From: Candidatus Velthaea sp.
Lineage (GTDB): Bacteria; Vulcanimicrobiota; Vulcanimicrobiia; Vulcanimicrobiales; Vulcanimicrobiaceae
Reading direction: 5' to 3'
Assembly: GCA_965214935.1 (NCBI GenBank)
Contig: CBDCCS010000022.1
Coordinates: 256,001 to 320,000, forward strand
Length of the DNA stretch: 64,000 bases
Every line of letters starts with the position of its first letter. Positions within the stretch are counted from its first letter, which is position 1. The translations under genes were made by a program, and so were the position numbers. Below the pieces are notes generated by a model. The model did not search any database, had not been told where the DNA came from, and was given only the letters and a program-made list of their open reading frames with translations. Positions 39,242 through 47,144 of the stretch are shown here, piece by piece.

Positions 39242-39676
39242 TTACGCCGCGACGTGCAACGTAATTTCCGCCGTCGCTCTCGCCTGCATGTCGCGCACCT
39301 CGATTGGTTGCGCAACTTCAAGGCGCGCAAGGCCTAAGCCGTGCAGGAGGCAGCGAACGCGAACGTACGCCATCGCTAGCGCTTTCGGCGGCGTCGTCAT
39401 CCCGTTAAGCTCGCGCGCGACGCGTTCGTCAGCCAGCCGGATGCGAACGCGGCCGAAGCCGTGGCGCTTAAGATAGTGTCCGATCGCGGCAATAGCCGCA
39501 TAGCCGGCTTCGCGGCCTTCAAGCGCCGGAGCGGGAGTCGCTGCGAAGCTTAGGCGGACGACCCGGCTTGCCGTTCCGGTCGCAATCGTCGCGAAGACGA
39601 TGCCTCGACCACGCTCGTCGATTCCATATCCGATCGCAACGTCGGCAGCAGTTTTATTTCGGCGCGAATCGTGCAT
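39242..39676 (-). CDS. Hypothetical protein with degenerate RNase H-like pattern
   Basis: REAGYAAIAAIGHYLKRHGFGRVRIRLADERVARELNG parallels RNase HI-like AEY.AL..GL......G...V...GDS.LV..Q.NG; own promoter. Confidence 0.65.
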   Translation of the reverse strand: MHDSRRNKTAADVAIGYGIDERGRGIVFATIATGTASRVVRLSFAATPAPALEGREAGYAAIAAIGHYLKRHGFGRVRIRLADERVARELNGMTTPPKALAMAYVRVRCLLHGLGLARLEVAQPIEVRDMQARATAEITLHVAA

Positions 39677-39687
39677 GGCTGATTATC

Positions 39688-39716
39688 ATCCTATACCGAA
39701 CGTACGTTCGAGTCAA
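39688..39716 (-). promoter_or_regulatory. Sigma70-type promoter with a LexA (SOS) box in the spacer
   Basis: -35 TTGACT (39716-39711), 17 bp, -10 TAGGAT (39693-39688); perfect CGAAC-GTAC-GTTCG (39697-39710). Confidence 0.85.
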
Positions 39717-40846
39717 GCAACCTTCGCGGCGAGCAGTCGTGAGTAAACTTCTAGTACTCGCCGTGTTTGTAGCCCAACTGTATAGCGCGAGTATGCCAAA
39801 CGTACGGCACTCTCGTCGCGCCCATACAGAAGTGCCGCATCCATTGCCGCTGCAAACCCGCGGGCTTCGGCCGGCACGAGCGTCCCCGAGCCGCTTAGCA
39901 CATCGCTCGACGCCGGCGTGTCGGCAGCGACCACGGATAGTCCGGCGGCCAGCGCCTCGGCGAGCACGAGGCCTTGCGTCTCAGTCGTGCTGGGAAATAC
40001 GAATGCGTCGCTGCAAGCGTAAATATCCGGTAGAGCGATGCTCGGCATCGCTCCAACGAAGCGCACGCGCTCGGTAAGCCCGGCACGCCGCACCCGGGCT
40101 TCGAGTCTCGCGCGATGCGGACCGTCGCCTACGATTGCAAGTCGTGCGCTTGCAATGCGCGAATGGCCGAGCGCGTCGATAGCGAGTTCAAGATTCTTTT
40201 CGCGAGCCAAACGCGACACGACCAGCGCCAACGGCGTATCGTCGCGGGCGCCGAGCAATGCCCGTGTTGCCGGCGAGCGCCGCCCGGCGGCGAAACGATC
40301 GACATCGATCGAGCTCGGGACGATTGCAATCGGCGAGCGAACACCGATCGCGCGCAGCCGCGCTTCCATTGCTCGAGTCGGCACGATCACGACGTTGGCG
40401 ATATTGGCATAGAGACGCGTCAGCCGAACCGCTGCGGCTTCCATTGCATGCCGTTCGAACGGCATATAGTGGGCATACGCTTCGATTCGCGTGTGATAAG
40501 TGAAGACGAGCGGTAAGCCGCGCCGGCGGGCAAATCGCGCTCCCATCCAGCCGGTTACGAACGGTGAATGCGTGTGCACGATCGTGACGTCGCGCACGCG
40601 GGAGCGGTCCGCCACTCGAAGGTACGGAACGCAGAGGCGGTAGGCAGTCGCCGTCGGCAACGGCAGCGACGGAATGCGCACCACGCCGCCGGCATTGTCG
40701 GCGAAGTGCGGGTAGCGCGGCGCGACGGTCGTTACTTGCACGTCGGCCGCCTCGAAACCGGCGCGTAAGGTATCGATGCTCGCGACGATCCCGTTGACGA
40801 TCGGGTGATAGCACTCGGTAAAAAAACCGACGTGAAGCTGTGGCAC
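39713..40846 (-). CDS. Glycosyltransferase family 4 (diacylglycerol glucosyltransferase-like)
   Basis: FTECYHPIVNGIVASI, HTHSPF, TYHT, SRLAREKN, ETQGLVLAEA. Confidence 0.9.
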   Translation of the reverse strand: MPQLHVGFFTECYHPIVNGIVASIDTLRAGFEAADVQVTTVAPRYPHFADNAGGVVRIPSLPLPTATAYRLCVPYLRVADRSRVRDVTIVHTHSPFVTGWMGARFARRRGLPLVFTYHTRIEAYAHYMPFERHAMEAAAVRLTRLYANIANVVIVPTRAMEARLRAIGVRSPIAIVPSSIDVDRFAAGRRSPATRALLGARDDTPLALVVSRLAREKNLELAIDALGHSRIASARLAIVGDGPHRARLEARVRRAGLTERVRFVGAMPSIALPDIYACSDAFVFPSTTETQGLVLAEALAAGLSVVAADTPASSDVLSGSGTLVPAEARGFAAAMDAALLYGRDESAVRLAYSRYTVGLQTRRVLEVYSRLLAAKVA

Positions 40847-40900
40847 GAACGGCGCAGCTTAGCGCTAAGAGCCCGGAGGGCCTTGGCCGTCAAACGGAGT

Positions 40901-40929
40901 TTGACGGAGTGTAACGGCTGTGTTATGGT
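40901..40929 (+). promoter_or_regulatory. Sigma70-type promoter overlapped by a WalR/MtrA-type direct repeat
   Basis: -35 TTGACG (40901-40906), 17 bp, extended -10 TG-T-TATGGT (hexamer 40924-40929); TGTAAC-N5-TGTTAT at 40910-40926. Confidence 0.7.
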
Positions 40930-40935
40930 AGCCCG

Positions 40936-41111
40936 AGCCCGCCACGCCGATTGACTTTGGATGGCGGCCGAGCGAGCGCTTTACGGTTGAAAGATTGCCG
41001 CCTTCGTGCAGGCGACTTTGAGAATCGGCGCTTCCTACCTGTTCTTCACGCACGCAACGGCCGAGCATACCTGTGACTGGCTTTGCGTAGACCGACGTTC
41101 AGGATAAGGAG
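40936..41111 (+). ncRNA. Candidate structured 5' leader (unassigned cis-regulatory RNA)
   Basis: CGCCGATT/AATCGGCG (40945-52/41023-30), GGCGGC/GCCGCC (40963-68/40997-41002), second hairpin ACGCAA...TTGCGT (41052-41088); SD TAAGGAG before TTG 41112. Confidence 0.4.
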
Positions 41112-42149
41112 TTGGTTATAGAATCCGACCGAAAGTCGCCCGTGGCGGTGAGTATTCTGTCCTTGAGCTTGCTCTTACCGTTAGCAGCGGCGCTGCCCGG
41201 TCCGGCCGGCGCGATCGTCCACAATGCCGTCGTGCAGATCGAATCAAAGCACGACGTTACGGTCGCGACCGCCGCCACCCCGCAAGCCTTTGCTACGAAC
41301 GCAGCGAGCGACGGCGAGACGGCGACTCGAGTTCAAACCGGTCAACAGCCTGATGCTACGCCGAGCGGCGTGACGCCGGCCGACGGGACGATCGCTCGCG
41401 ATCCGGCCCTCGCGGTTATCGTCCGCGTCGACGGCGTTGGACGAAGCGTGCACATGCGAGACGCGACGGTTCGGATGTTGCTCGCGCGTGAGAACATCGC
41501 CGTCGCCCTTCACGACCGCGTGAAGCCGGCGATCGATTCGGCGCTCGTGGCCGGCAGCACGATCGAAGTGACCCACGTCAAAGCCTGGCTCGAGCGCGTC
41601 CTCACTCGCATCGCACCGCCCGTCGCTCGAAAGTATGACGTCTCGATGCTGCCCGGCACCGCGCGGGTCGTCGACGCCGGAGCCGCCGGAACGCGCGAAT
41701 CGACGGTTGCCGTGCTCCGGTCCGACACGGCCGCTGCGCCCAAACGACTGCTGCTCGCTGCTCGCGTGTTACGGCTGCCGCGCATGCGGATCTTAGCCGA
41801 AGGCGTGGGCGACGGAGTCGTGCTTAGCCGGATCGCACGACGCGGTTTCGTCGGTACGATGAATCTTGCGGACGCCGCGTTGCGAATGATCGCTACGGCA
41901 TACACGGCAAATTGTTCGGGCTGCTCGGGATTGACCGCCTCCGGCCGTCCCGCGGGTCATGGCGTCGTCGCGGTCGATCCGCACATCATTCCGCTGGGTT
42001 CTCACTTGTTTATTCCGGGCTACGGACATGCGTATGCCGGCGACACCGGCGGCGCGATTCACGGAAATCGTATTGATCTCGGATTCGATTCTAATCGCGA
42101 TGCGCGGACGTTCGGACGCCGCCCGATCGTGGTTTACCTTTTTCGCTAA
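41112..42149 (+). CDS. YabE-like cell-wall protein (DUF348-like + G5-like + 3D domain)
   Basis: Hydrophobic N-terminus; ATAYT, VAVDPHIIPLGS, DTGGAIHGNRIDL (3D-domain aspartates); upstream of rsmA. Confidence 0.88.
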   Translation: MVIESDRKSPVAVSILSLSLLLPLAAALPGPAGAIVHNAVVQIESKHDVTVATAATPQAFATNAASDGETATRVQTGQQPDATPSGVTPADGTIARDPALAVIVRVDGVGRSVHMRDATVRMLLARENIAVALHDRVKPAIDSALVAGSTIEVTHVKAWLERVLTRIAPPVARKYDVSMLPGTARVVDAGAAGTRESTVAVLRSDTAAAPKRLLLAARVLRLPRMRILAEGVGDGVVLSRIARRGFVGTMNLADAALRMIATAYTANCSGCSGLTASGRPAGHGVVAVDPHIIPLGSHLFIPGYGHAYAGDTGGAIHGNRIDLGFDSNRDARTFGRRPIVVYLFR

Positions 42150-43033
42150 GCGGCGCACGCCGTATCGACGATCGAGACGAACGGGTCGTCCGCGCCGAAC
42201 TCCAGCCGGCGCCGACACATCCGCGAGCACTCTTGCAGCAGTATGGTGTCCGACCGAAAAAGCGGCTCGGTCAGCACTTCCTCATGGATGGCGGCGCGGC
42301 GGCGCGGATTGCGAGAAGCGCAGTCGAGACGCCCGGCGAGCACGTCATCGAGATCGGCGCAGGAACCGGCGCGTTAACGCGGGCGCTGCTGGACCGTAGC
42401 GGCAACGTCAGTGCCTTTGATGTCGACCCGGAGATGGTGGCGATTCTGCAAGCGCGCGAAGATTTGCGCGCAGCGACGATCTTCGCCGCCGATGCACTGA
42501 CGTTCGACTACGCCGGCTGGGCGCACACCGAGCCCTGGATTGCGACCGGTAATTTGCCGTATAACATCGCGACGCCGCTGCTCTTGGCGCTCGCGCAGAC
42601 GCCGCACCCGCCGACCCGCATCGTGGCGATGATTCAACGTGATGTCGCCGACCGGCTGACGGCAAAGCCGGGTACGCCCGGGTACGGAAGTTTGACCGTC
42701 GCGATAGGCCTGCGCATGGCCGTCGAACGCGCGTTTAACGTTTCGCCGGCGCAATTCTATCCGCGACCGAAAGTGAACTCAGCAGTAATCGTATTACGGC
42801 CGCATCGCGTTCCGCCGGTTGCCGTCGACGACGTACCGCACTTTGAACGGGTCGTGCGGGGAGCCTTCGCCTACCGCCGAAAGACGCTGGCAAATGCGCT
42901 CGCGCTTTCACTTCCGCTATCACGGGAGCGAATCGCGGATGCGCTACGTGCGTTGAACCTTCGTCCGGAGATACGTGGAGAAGCTCTCGACCTCGCAACC
43001 TTCGCCGCTCTCGCCGACGCTTTGGCCGGCTGA
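42146..43033 (+). CDS. rsmA: 16S rRNA adenine dimethyltransferase; start uncertain (TTG 42233 or CTA 42146)
   Basis: (HPRALL)QQYGVRPKKRLGQHFL, EIGAGTG, GNLPYNIATP, F.PRPKVNS, RRKTL. Confidence 0.95.
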   Translation, partial: LSGARRIDDRDERVVRAELQPAPTHPRALLQQYGVRPKKRLGQHFLMDGGAAARIARSAVETPGEHVIEIGAGTGALTRALLDRSGNVSAFDVDPEMVAILQAREDLRAATIFAADALTFDYAGWAHTEPWIATGNLPYNIATPLLLALAQTPHPPTRIVAMIQRDVADRLTAKPGTPGYGSLTVAIGLRMAVERAFNVSPAQFYPRPKVNSAVIVLRPHRVPPVAVDDVPHFERVVRGAFAYRRKTLANALALSLPLSRERIADALRALNLRPEIRGEALDLATFAALADALAG

Positions 43034-43739
43034 CGCTTTTTCCGCTCGGCGCTGCCTGATCTTCATTGCCGTCCTCTTTGTTGCGCTGGTCTTAGACGTC
43101 GTATTTGCAAGACTTGCCGTCCAAATCGGCGCACCGGCGATGCGTCCGGGAAAGGCGCTACAACTTACGGCCGGCGTTTTGATCGCACAAATCGTCGCGT
43201 ACATTCCACTGCTCGGCGCCGCCTTACCGCTACTACCGTTTGCCGCAAAGCGAAGCTTAGCTCAGATCGGCTTACATGCACCGGCGACGCGCGATCTGCT
43301 AATCGGCGTAATCGGTGCGTTCGTCATGTTCGTCGTTGCGAACGGCGCCGCGAATCTGCAGAAGCACATCTTTCACCTCGAAGGAACGCAAACTGCCGTT
43401 CAACTTTTCGAGACGACGCACGATCGCATACTGATCTACGGTTTGATCGCGCTCGCGGTCGTTTTTGCGCCGTTTGTCGAAGAAGTTATTTTTCGCGGCT
43501 TCGTGTTCAATGCATTGCTGCGCTACGTTCCCTTTAGCGTTGCAGCGGCGATCAGCGGGATGATTTTCGGCTTGGCTCATGCCGACAAAACCGCGTTCTT
43601 TCCACTGGCGTGCGGCGGGTTCGTGCTCGCCTTCGTCTATTACCGAACCGGATCGCTGTTCTCATCGATGCTCACGCATGGGACCTTTAATGCCGTCAAC
43701 GTTGCGCTCGTGCTCGCGACGAGCGGAGGCAAAGGCTAA
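42975..43739 (+). CDS. CPBP (CAAX/Abi) family intramembrane metalloprotease
   Basis: EEVIFRG, FGLAH, HGTFN; multiple TMs; start uncertain. Confidence 0.9.
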   Translation: MEKLSTSQPSPLSPTLWPADAFSARRCLIFIAVLFVALVLDVVFARLAVQIGAPAMRPGKALQLTAGVLIAQIVAYIPLLGAALPLLPFAAKRSLAQIGLHAPATRDLLIGVIGAFVMFVVANGAANLQKHIFHLEGTQTAVQLFETTHDRILIYGLIALAVVFAPFVEEVIFRGFVFNALLRYVPFSVAAAISGMIFGLAHADKTAFFPLACGGFVLAFVYYRTGSLFSSMLTHGTFNAVNVALVLATSGGKG

Positions 43740-44773
43740 CGCTTCGAATCGCAGTCGATGCGCTCAACCTGCGCGCCGACGAGCGCGGAATGGGCCGTTA
43801 CGTACGTTCGGTGTTGCGGGCGCTGGCAGCCCGGCCCGAGGTCGCGCTAACATTGCTGGTACGCGATACGCAAGCCGCGCCGGACGATTATAAGCTCGTC
43901 GGGCCGGTCGAACTCGCGACGCCGGCTGCCGTCCAGGCTCGTTCGCGTTTCGACGTCGTTTGGTATCCGTGGAACGCAATGCGCTTCAACTCTGCGGCAC
44001 CGTCGGTCGTTACCATCAACGACGACTTCGCTTTCCGATTTCCGGCGCGCGGTACGGTCGCGCGGTGGCGCGAACAACGGCCGATCCGGCGCGCAGCACG
44101 CGCCGCAACGCACGTTCTGACGATCTCGAACTGGTCGTGCAGTGCGTTACGTGCACGCTTCGGCATCGCTGCGGATCGCATTAGCGTCATTCCGCTCGGC
44201 CCCGACGAGTCGTTCACGCCGGGTGTCGAAGCGTCGCCGTTCGGCGAACCGTTCGTCGTCGCCGTCGGCACGGTGGAACGCCGCAAGAATGTCGCTTTCC
44301 TCATCGATGCGTTTCGACGGGCATTTCCCGCCGGCAACGTGCGTTTAGTGCTCGTCGGTCAGCTCGATACGGCTCTGCGGCAGCACGTGCAAACTGCGAG
44401 CTTTCCGCTGAGCGAACAAGTTGCCGTCGATGATGCGTCGCTACGCCGGCTCTACCGTACGGCGGCCGTCGTTGCCGTGCCGTCGCTTGCCGAAGGTTTC
44501 GGGCTAGTGGCGGCCGAGGCGCAGGCGTGCGGTGCTGCGGTCATTGCAGCGCATGCGAGCGCCTTGCCCGAGACGGTCGGGTCGGCAGGCATGTTGCTTG
44601 CACCGACCGATGCGCAAGCCTGGATTCACGCGCTGCAATCGCTTGTGTTCGATCTCCCATTACGCCGCGCGTTTGCCGAGCGAAGTCGTAGCCGCTGGCC
44701 CGCGGGTTCAGCTCAACGGACTGCCGACGCGATTCTCACCGCGCTCCACGGCGCCGTCGACGATCGCGCGTAA
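43736..44773 (+). CDS. Glycosyltransferase family 4 (inferred CTA start; first ATG 43790)
   Basis: (LTLRIAVDALNL)...GMGRY, RKN, PSLAEGFGLVAAEAQACG. Confidence 0.88.
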   Translation, partial: LTLRIAVDALNLRADERGMGRYVRSVLRALAARPEVALTLLVRDTQAAPDDYKLVGPVELATPAAVQARSRFDVVWYPWNAMRFNSAAPSVVTINDDFAFRFPARGTVARWREQRPIRRAARAATHVLTISNWSCSALRARFGIAADRISVIPLGPDESFTPGVEASPFGEPFVVAVGTVERRKNVAFLIDAFRRAFPAGNVRLVLVGQLDTALRQHVQTASFPLSEQVAVDDASLRRLYRTAAVVAVPSLAEGFGLVAAEAQACGAAVIAAHASALPETVGSAGMLLAPTDAQAWIHALQSLVFDLPLRRAFAERSRSRWPAGSAQRTADAILTALHGAVDDRA

Positions 44774-45829
44774 CTGCTCGACGAAGCGCGGCGGTGCGAA
44801 GCGCATGGCGTGCGCCCGCAATCGCTCCGGTCGATACAACGCCGGATCGAATGCCCGCAGCGCGGCGGCTAAGGCTGCCGGCGTTGGTTCGTTAAAAAAC
44901 ATCCCGGTCTCGTGCGGCACGATGGTTTCGAGCGCACCGCCCGCTTTCAAGGCGATGGTCGGACGGCCGGCGGCCGCTGCTTCGAGCGGCACGAGACCGA
45001 AATCTTCGACGCCGGGCAGAATCGCCGCCCGCGCGTTTCCAACGATCCGGTTGACCTCGTCGTCCGCTAAGCGCCCGCAAAACGTCGTTCGCGTTCCGGC
45101 GGCGTGCCGGCGTAACATCCGCTCAGCGGGTCCGGCGCCGATTATGCGCAGCGGAACGCCCGTCGATGCGCATGCTTCGATTGCAATCTCAATCGACTTG
45201 TACGTCAGCAGGCGGGAGACGACGACGAAGTAATCGCCGCCGCCCGCGCCGATGGTAAAACGGTCGACATCGACTGGACACGGGAGGACGCTTGCTTCTC
45301 GATGATAGTACTGCTGGACGCGCCGCGCGACATTGTGTGAATTCGCGACGAAGAGCGTCGGACGTTGCGCGGCCCGGCGATCCCAATCGACGAGCGACGC
45401 AACGAGCGGCTGCGCCAACCGGGCAACGCCGAAGCCGCCGAGGTAGCGGTCGTAGTCGAACGTGAACCGGCTGACGGTATTGATGTAGCAGATGTGCAGC
45501 GCACCGGGCCGGACGATGACGCCTTTGGCCCAGGCCGTCGTCGAGCTGATAACGAGGTCGTAAGCCGATAGATCGAAGCTTTCGAACGCCCGCGGATACA
45601 GTGGCGCGAGCGCGCGAAAGTATCGCTCGCGCAGTGGAAAGCGCTGCAGAAACGACGTGTGCACGCGAGCCGGTTCGATGAGTCCGCCAAGCTCGCGCGC
45701 ATTGAAAATCGACGTATAGATCGGCGCAGCGGAATACGCTTTGGCGATGTGAGCGAAGACGCGCTCCGCACCGCCGCATTGATTGAGGTAGTCGTGAACC
45801 AGCGCAATGCTCAACGCCGGTCGCATCAC
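44708..45829 (-). CDS. Glycosyltransferase family 4 (mannosyltransferase-like)
   Basis: ALVHDYLNQCGGAERV, EDFGLVPLEAAAAGRP, GGALET. Confidence 0.92.
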   Translation of the reverse strand: MMRPALSIALVHDYLNQCGGAERVFAHIAKAYSAAPIYTSIFNARELGGLIEPARVHTSFLQRFPLRERYFRALAPLYPRAFESFDLSAYDLVISSTTAWAKGVIVRPGALHICYINTVSRFTFDYDRYLGGFGVARLAQPLVASLVDWDRRAAQRPTLFVANSHNVARRVQQYYHREASVLPCPVDVDRFTIGAGGGDYFVVVSRLLTYKSIEIAIEACASTGVPLRIIGAGPAERMLRRHAAGTRTTFCGRLADDEVNRIVGNARAAILPGVEDFGLVPLEAAAAGRPTIALKAGGALETIVPHETGMFFNEPTPAALAAALRAFDPALYRPERLRAHAMRFAPPRFVEQLRAIVDGAVERGENRVGSPLS

Positions 45830-45851
45830 GCCCTGGAGCGCCGGTTCACGC

Positions 45852-47144
45852 TCAACCGTTGGTTTGAGATTTATCTCGCGGCACGATCAGTGCAACGGTG
45901 AACTTGCGCAGATACGCTTGGGCGACGCGGACGATGTCGCCCGAGCTCGTCGCATCGATCGCCGCAAGTGCCGTCTGTGCGTAATCCGGGTCGACACCTT
46001 GTTCGACGAAATTTCCGATCGACCACGCACGGTCGGCGAGCGAGATGGACTCGGTCTCCCACTGGCCGTGCGCGCTAGCCTTGTAGCGCTTGAGCAAAAC
46101 GGGCGTCAACGCTTTGCCCGCAATATCTTTGAGCACTTCATCCACACTGCCCAAACCCGCGGTTGCTTCAACTTGCTGACCGTTGATATACAGCGTCAAG
46201 AGGGCCGGTTTCGAATCATAATCGTACGTCACGCCGACGGTGCGGGCGTACGCCGGCAACGTCGTCGCGCTTTGCCGGTCGAACACATCGGAGAGCAGCG
46301 AGCGCAAGACGAGCATCGCTCCAAAATCTTTATCGCCCGCAGCCGGCGCCGCAAAGCCGAGCATCACATAGGGTACACCGATGTCGCGCTGCGTGACGAT
46401 TCGTTTGGGCGTCGTCGCAAAGGCGCGCGTTTTCGTAACCACCGCCGCATCGGTCGTGTCCGGCAACGCTCGCACGAGCGCGCGGCCCGCCGCTTCAACC
46501 GGTGCGGTCACCCGCCCGACCGCCGTCACGATCGCGTTTCCGCGCCCGTAATGCGCGCTGATGAACGTCTTGACGTCGGTTGCGGTGAAACCGGCAACCG
46601 TCGCGGTCGTGCCGTTCGTCGGCAGACCGGCTGCGCCGTCGTAATACGACTGCCGGATCATCGCCGTCCCGACCGCAACGGGATTGTTCGCGTCGTCGGC
46701 AATGCGATCGACGAGTGCTGCTCGGGCGGCGCTCAACATCGCGGGCGTAATAGTCGGCGTTCCAAGCCCTTTGGCAAGCAACGTTGCAAGACTTCCGATC
46801 GCGTTCGGCGGCGCCTCGAGATAAAAACGAACGTATTGCGGCCCGATCACATACGCAAGCGATCCGCCGCGGGCCGCGACGGCATCGACAAGCGGCATAT
46901 CCCCGACCGGCGATTGCAAGATCGTTTGCGCGCTCAACGCGGCTAAGCCGCTCTGCTGCTCGGTCTCCCGGTCGAGACCCGCGCTGAGATACAACTGCAA
47001 GCCGGCAAGCATCGACGTTTGGTCCGAGTTCACGTATAGCTTCGCCGAACCGATATCGAACGCCGTCGTTTTCGCCGGAGCAGCGGCAGCGGCGCCCAAG
47101 GCAAGACTTAAAACGGCCGCAGTCGCGGCGCTGCGAAGCATCAT
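45852..47144 (-). CDS. Secreted M16 peptidase-like protein, non-catalytic
   Basis: Signal peptide; AGLDRE...GLAAL (no HxxEH), ITPAML, VKTFISAHY...AVG, IVRVAQAYL. Confidence 0.75.
   Translation of the reverse strand: MMLRSAATAAVLSLALGAAAAAPAKTTAFDIGSAKLYVNSDQTSMLAGLQLYLSAGLDRETEQQSGLAALSAQTILQSPVGDMPLVDAVAARGGSLAYVIGPQYVRFYLEAPPNAIGSLATLLAKGLGTPTITPAMLSAARAALVDRIADDANNPVAVGTAMIRQSYYDGAAGLPTNGTTATVAGFTATDVKTFISAHYGRGNAIVTAVGRVTAPVEAAGRALVRALPDTTDAAVVTKTRAFATTPKRIVTQRDIGVPYVMLGFAAPAAGDKDFGAMLVLRSLLSDVFDRQSATTLPAYARTVGVTYDYDSKPALLTLYINGQQVEATAGLGSVDEVLKDIAGKALTPVLLKRYKASAHGQWETESISLADRAWSIGNFVEQGVDPDYAQTALAAIDATSSGDIVRVAQAYLRKFTVALIVPRDKSQTNG

Noticed and set aside
40936..41111. c-di-AMP (ydaO), c-di-GMP riboswitch, 6S or SRP RNA assignment for the leader
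   Set aside because: The conserved cores I know (GCTGAATCC/GGGGGAAC, GCAAA...GACGCAAAG, CAGG...GGAAGCAG) are absent, and the closed domain is too short for 6S
44708..44773. Convergent 3' overlaps (GT4/GT4 here; tsaC/pitA 63293-63340)
   Set aside because: Short tail-to-tail overlaps are common in compact GC-rich genomes
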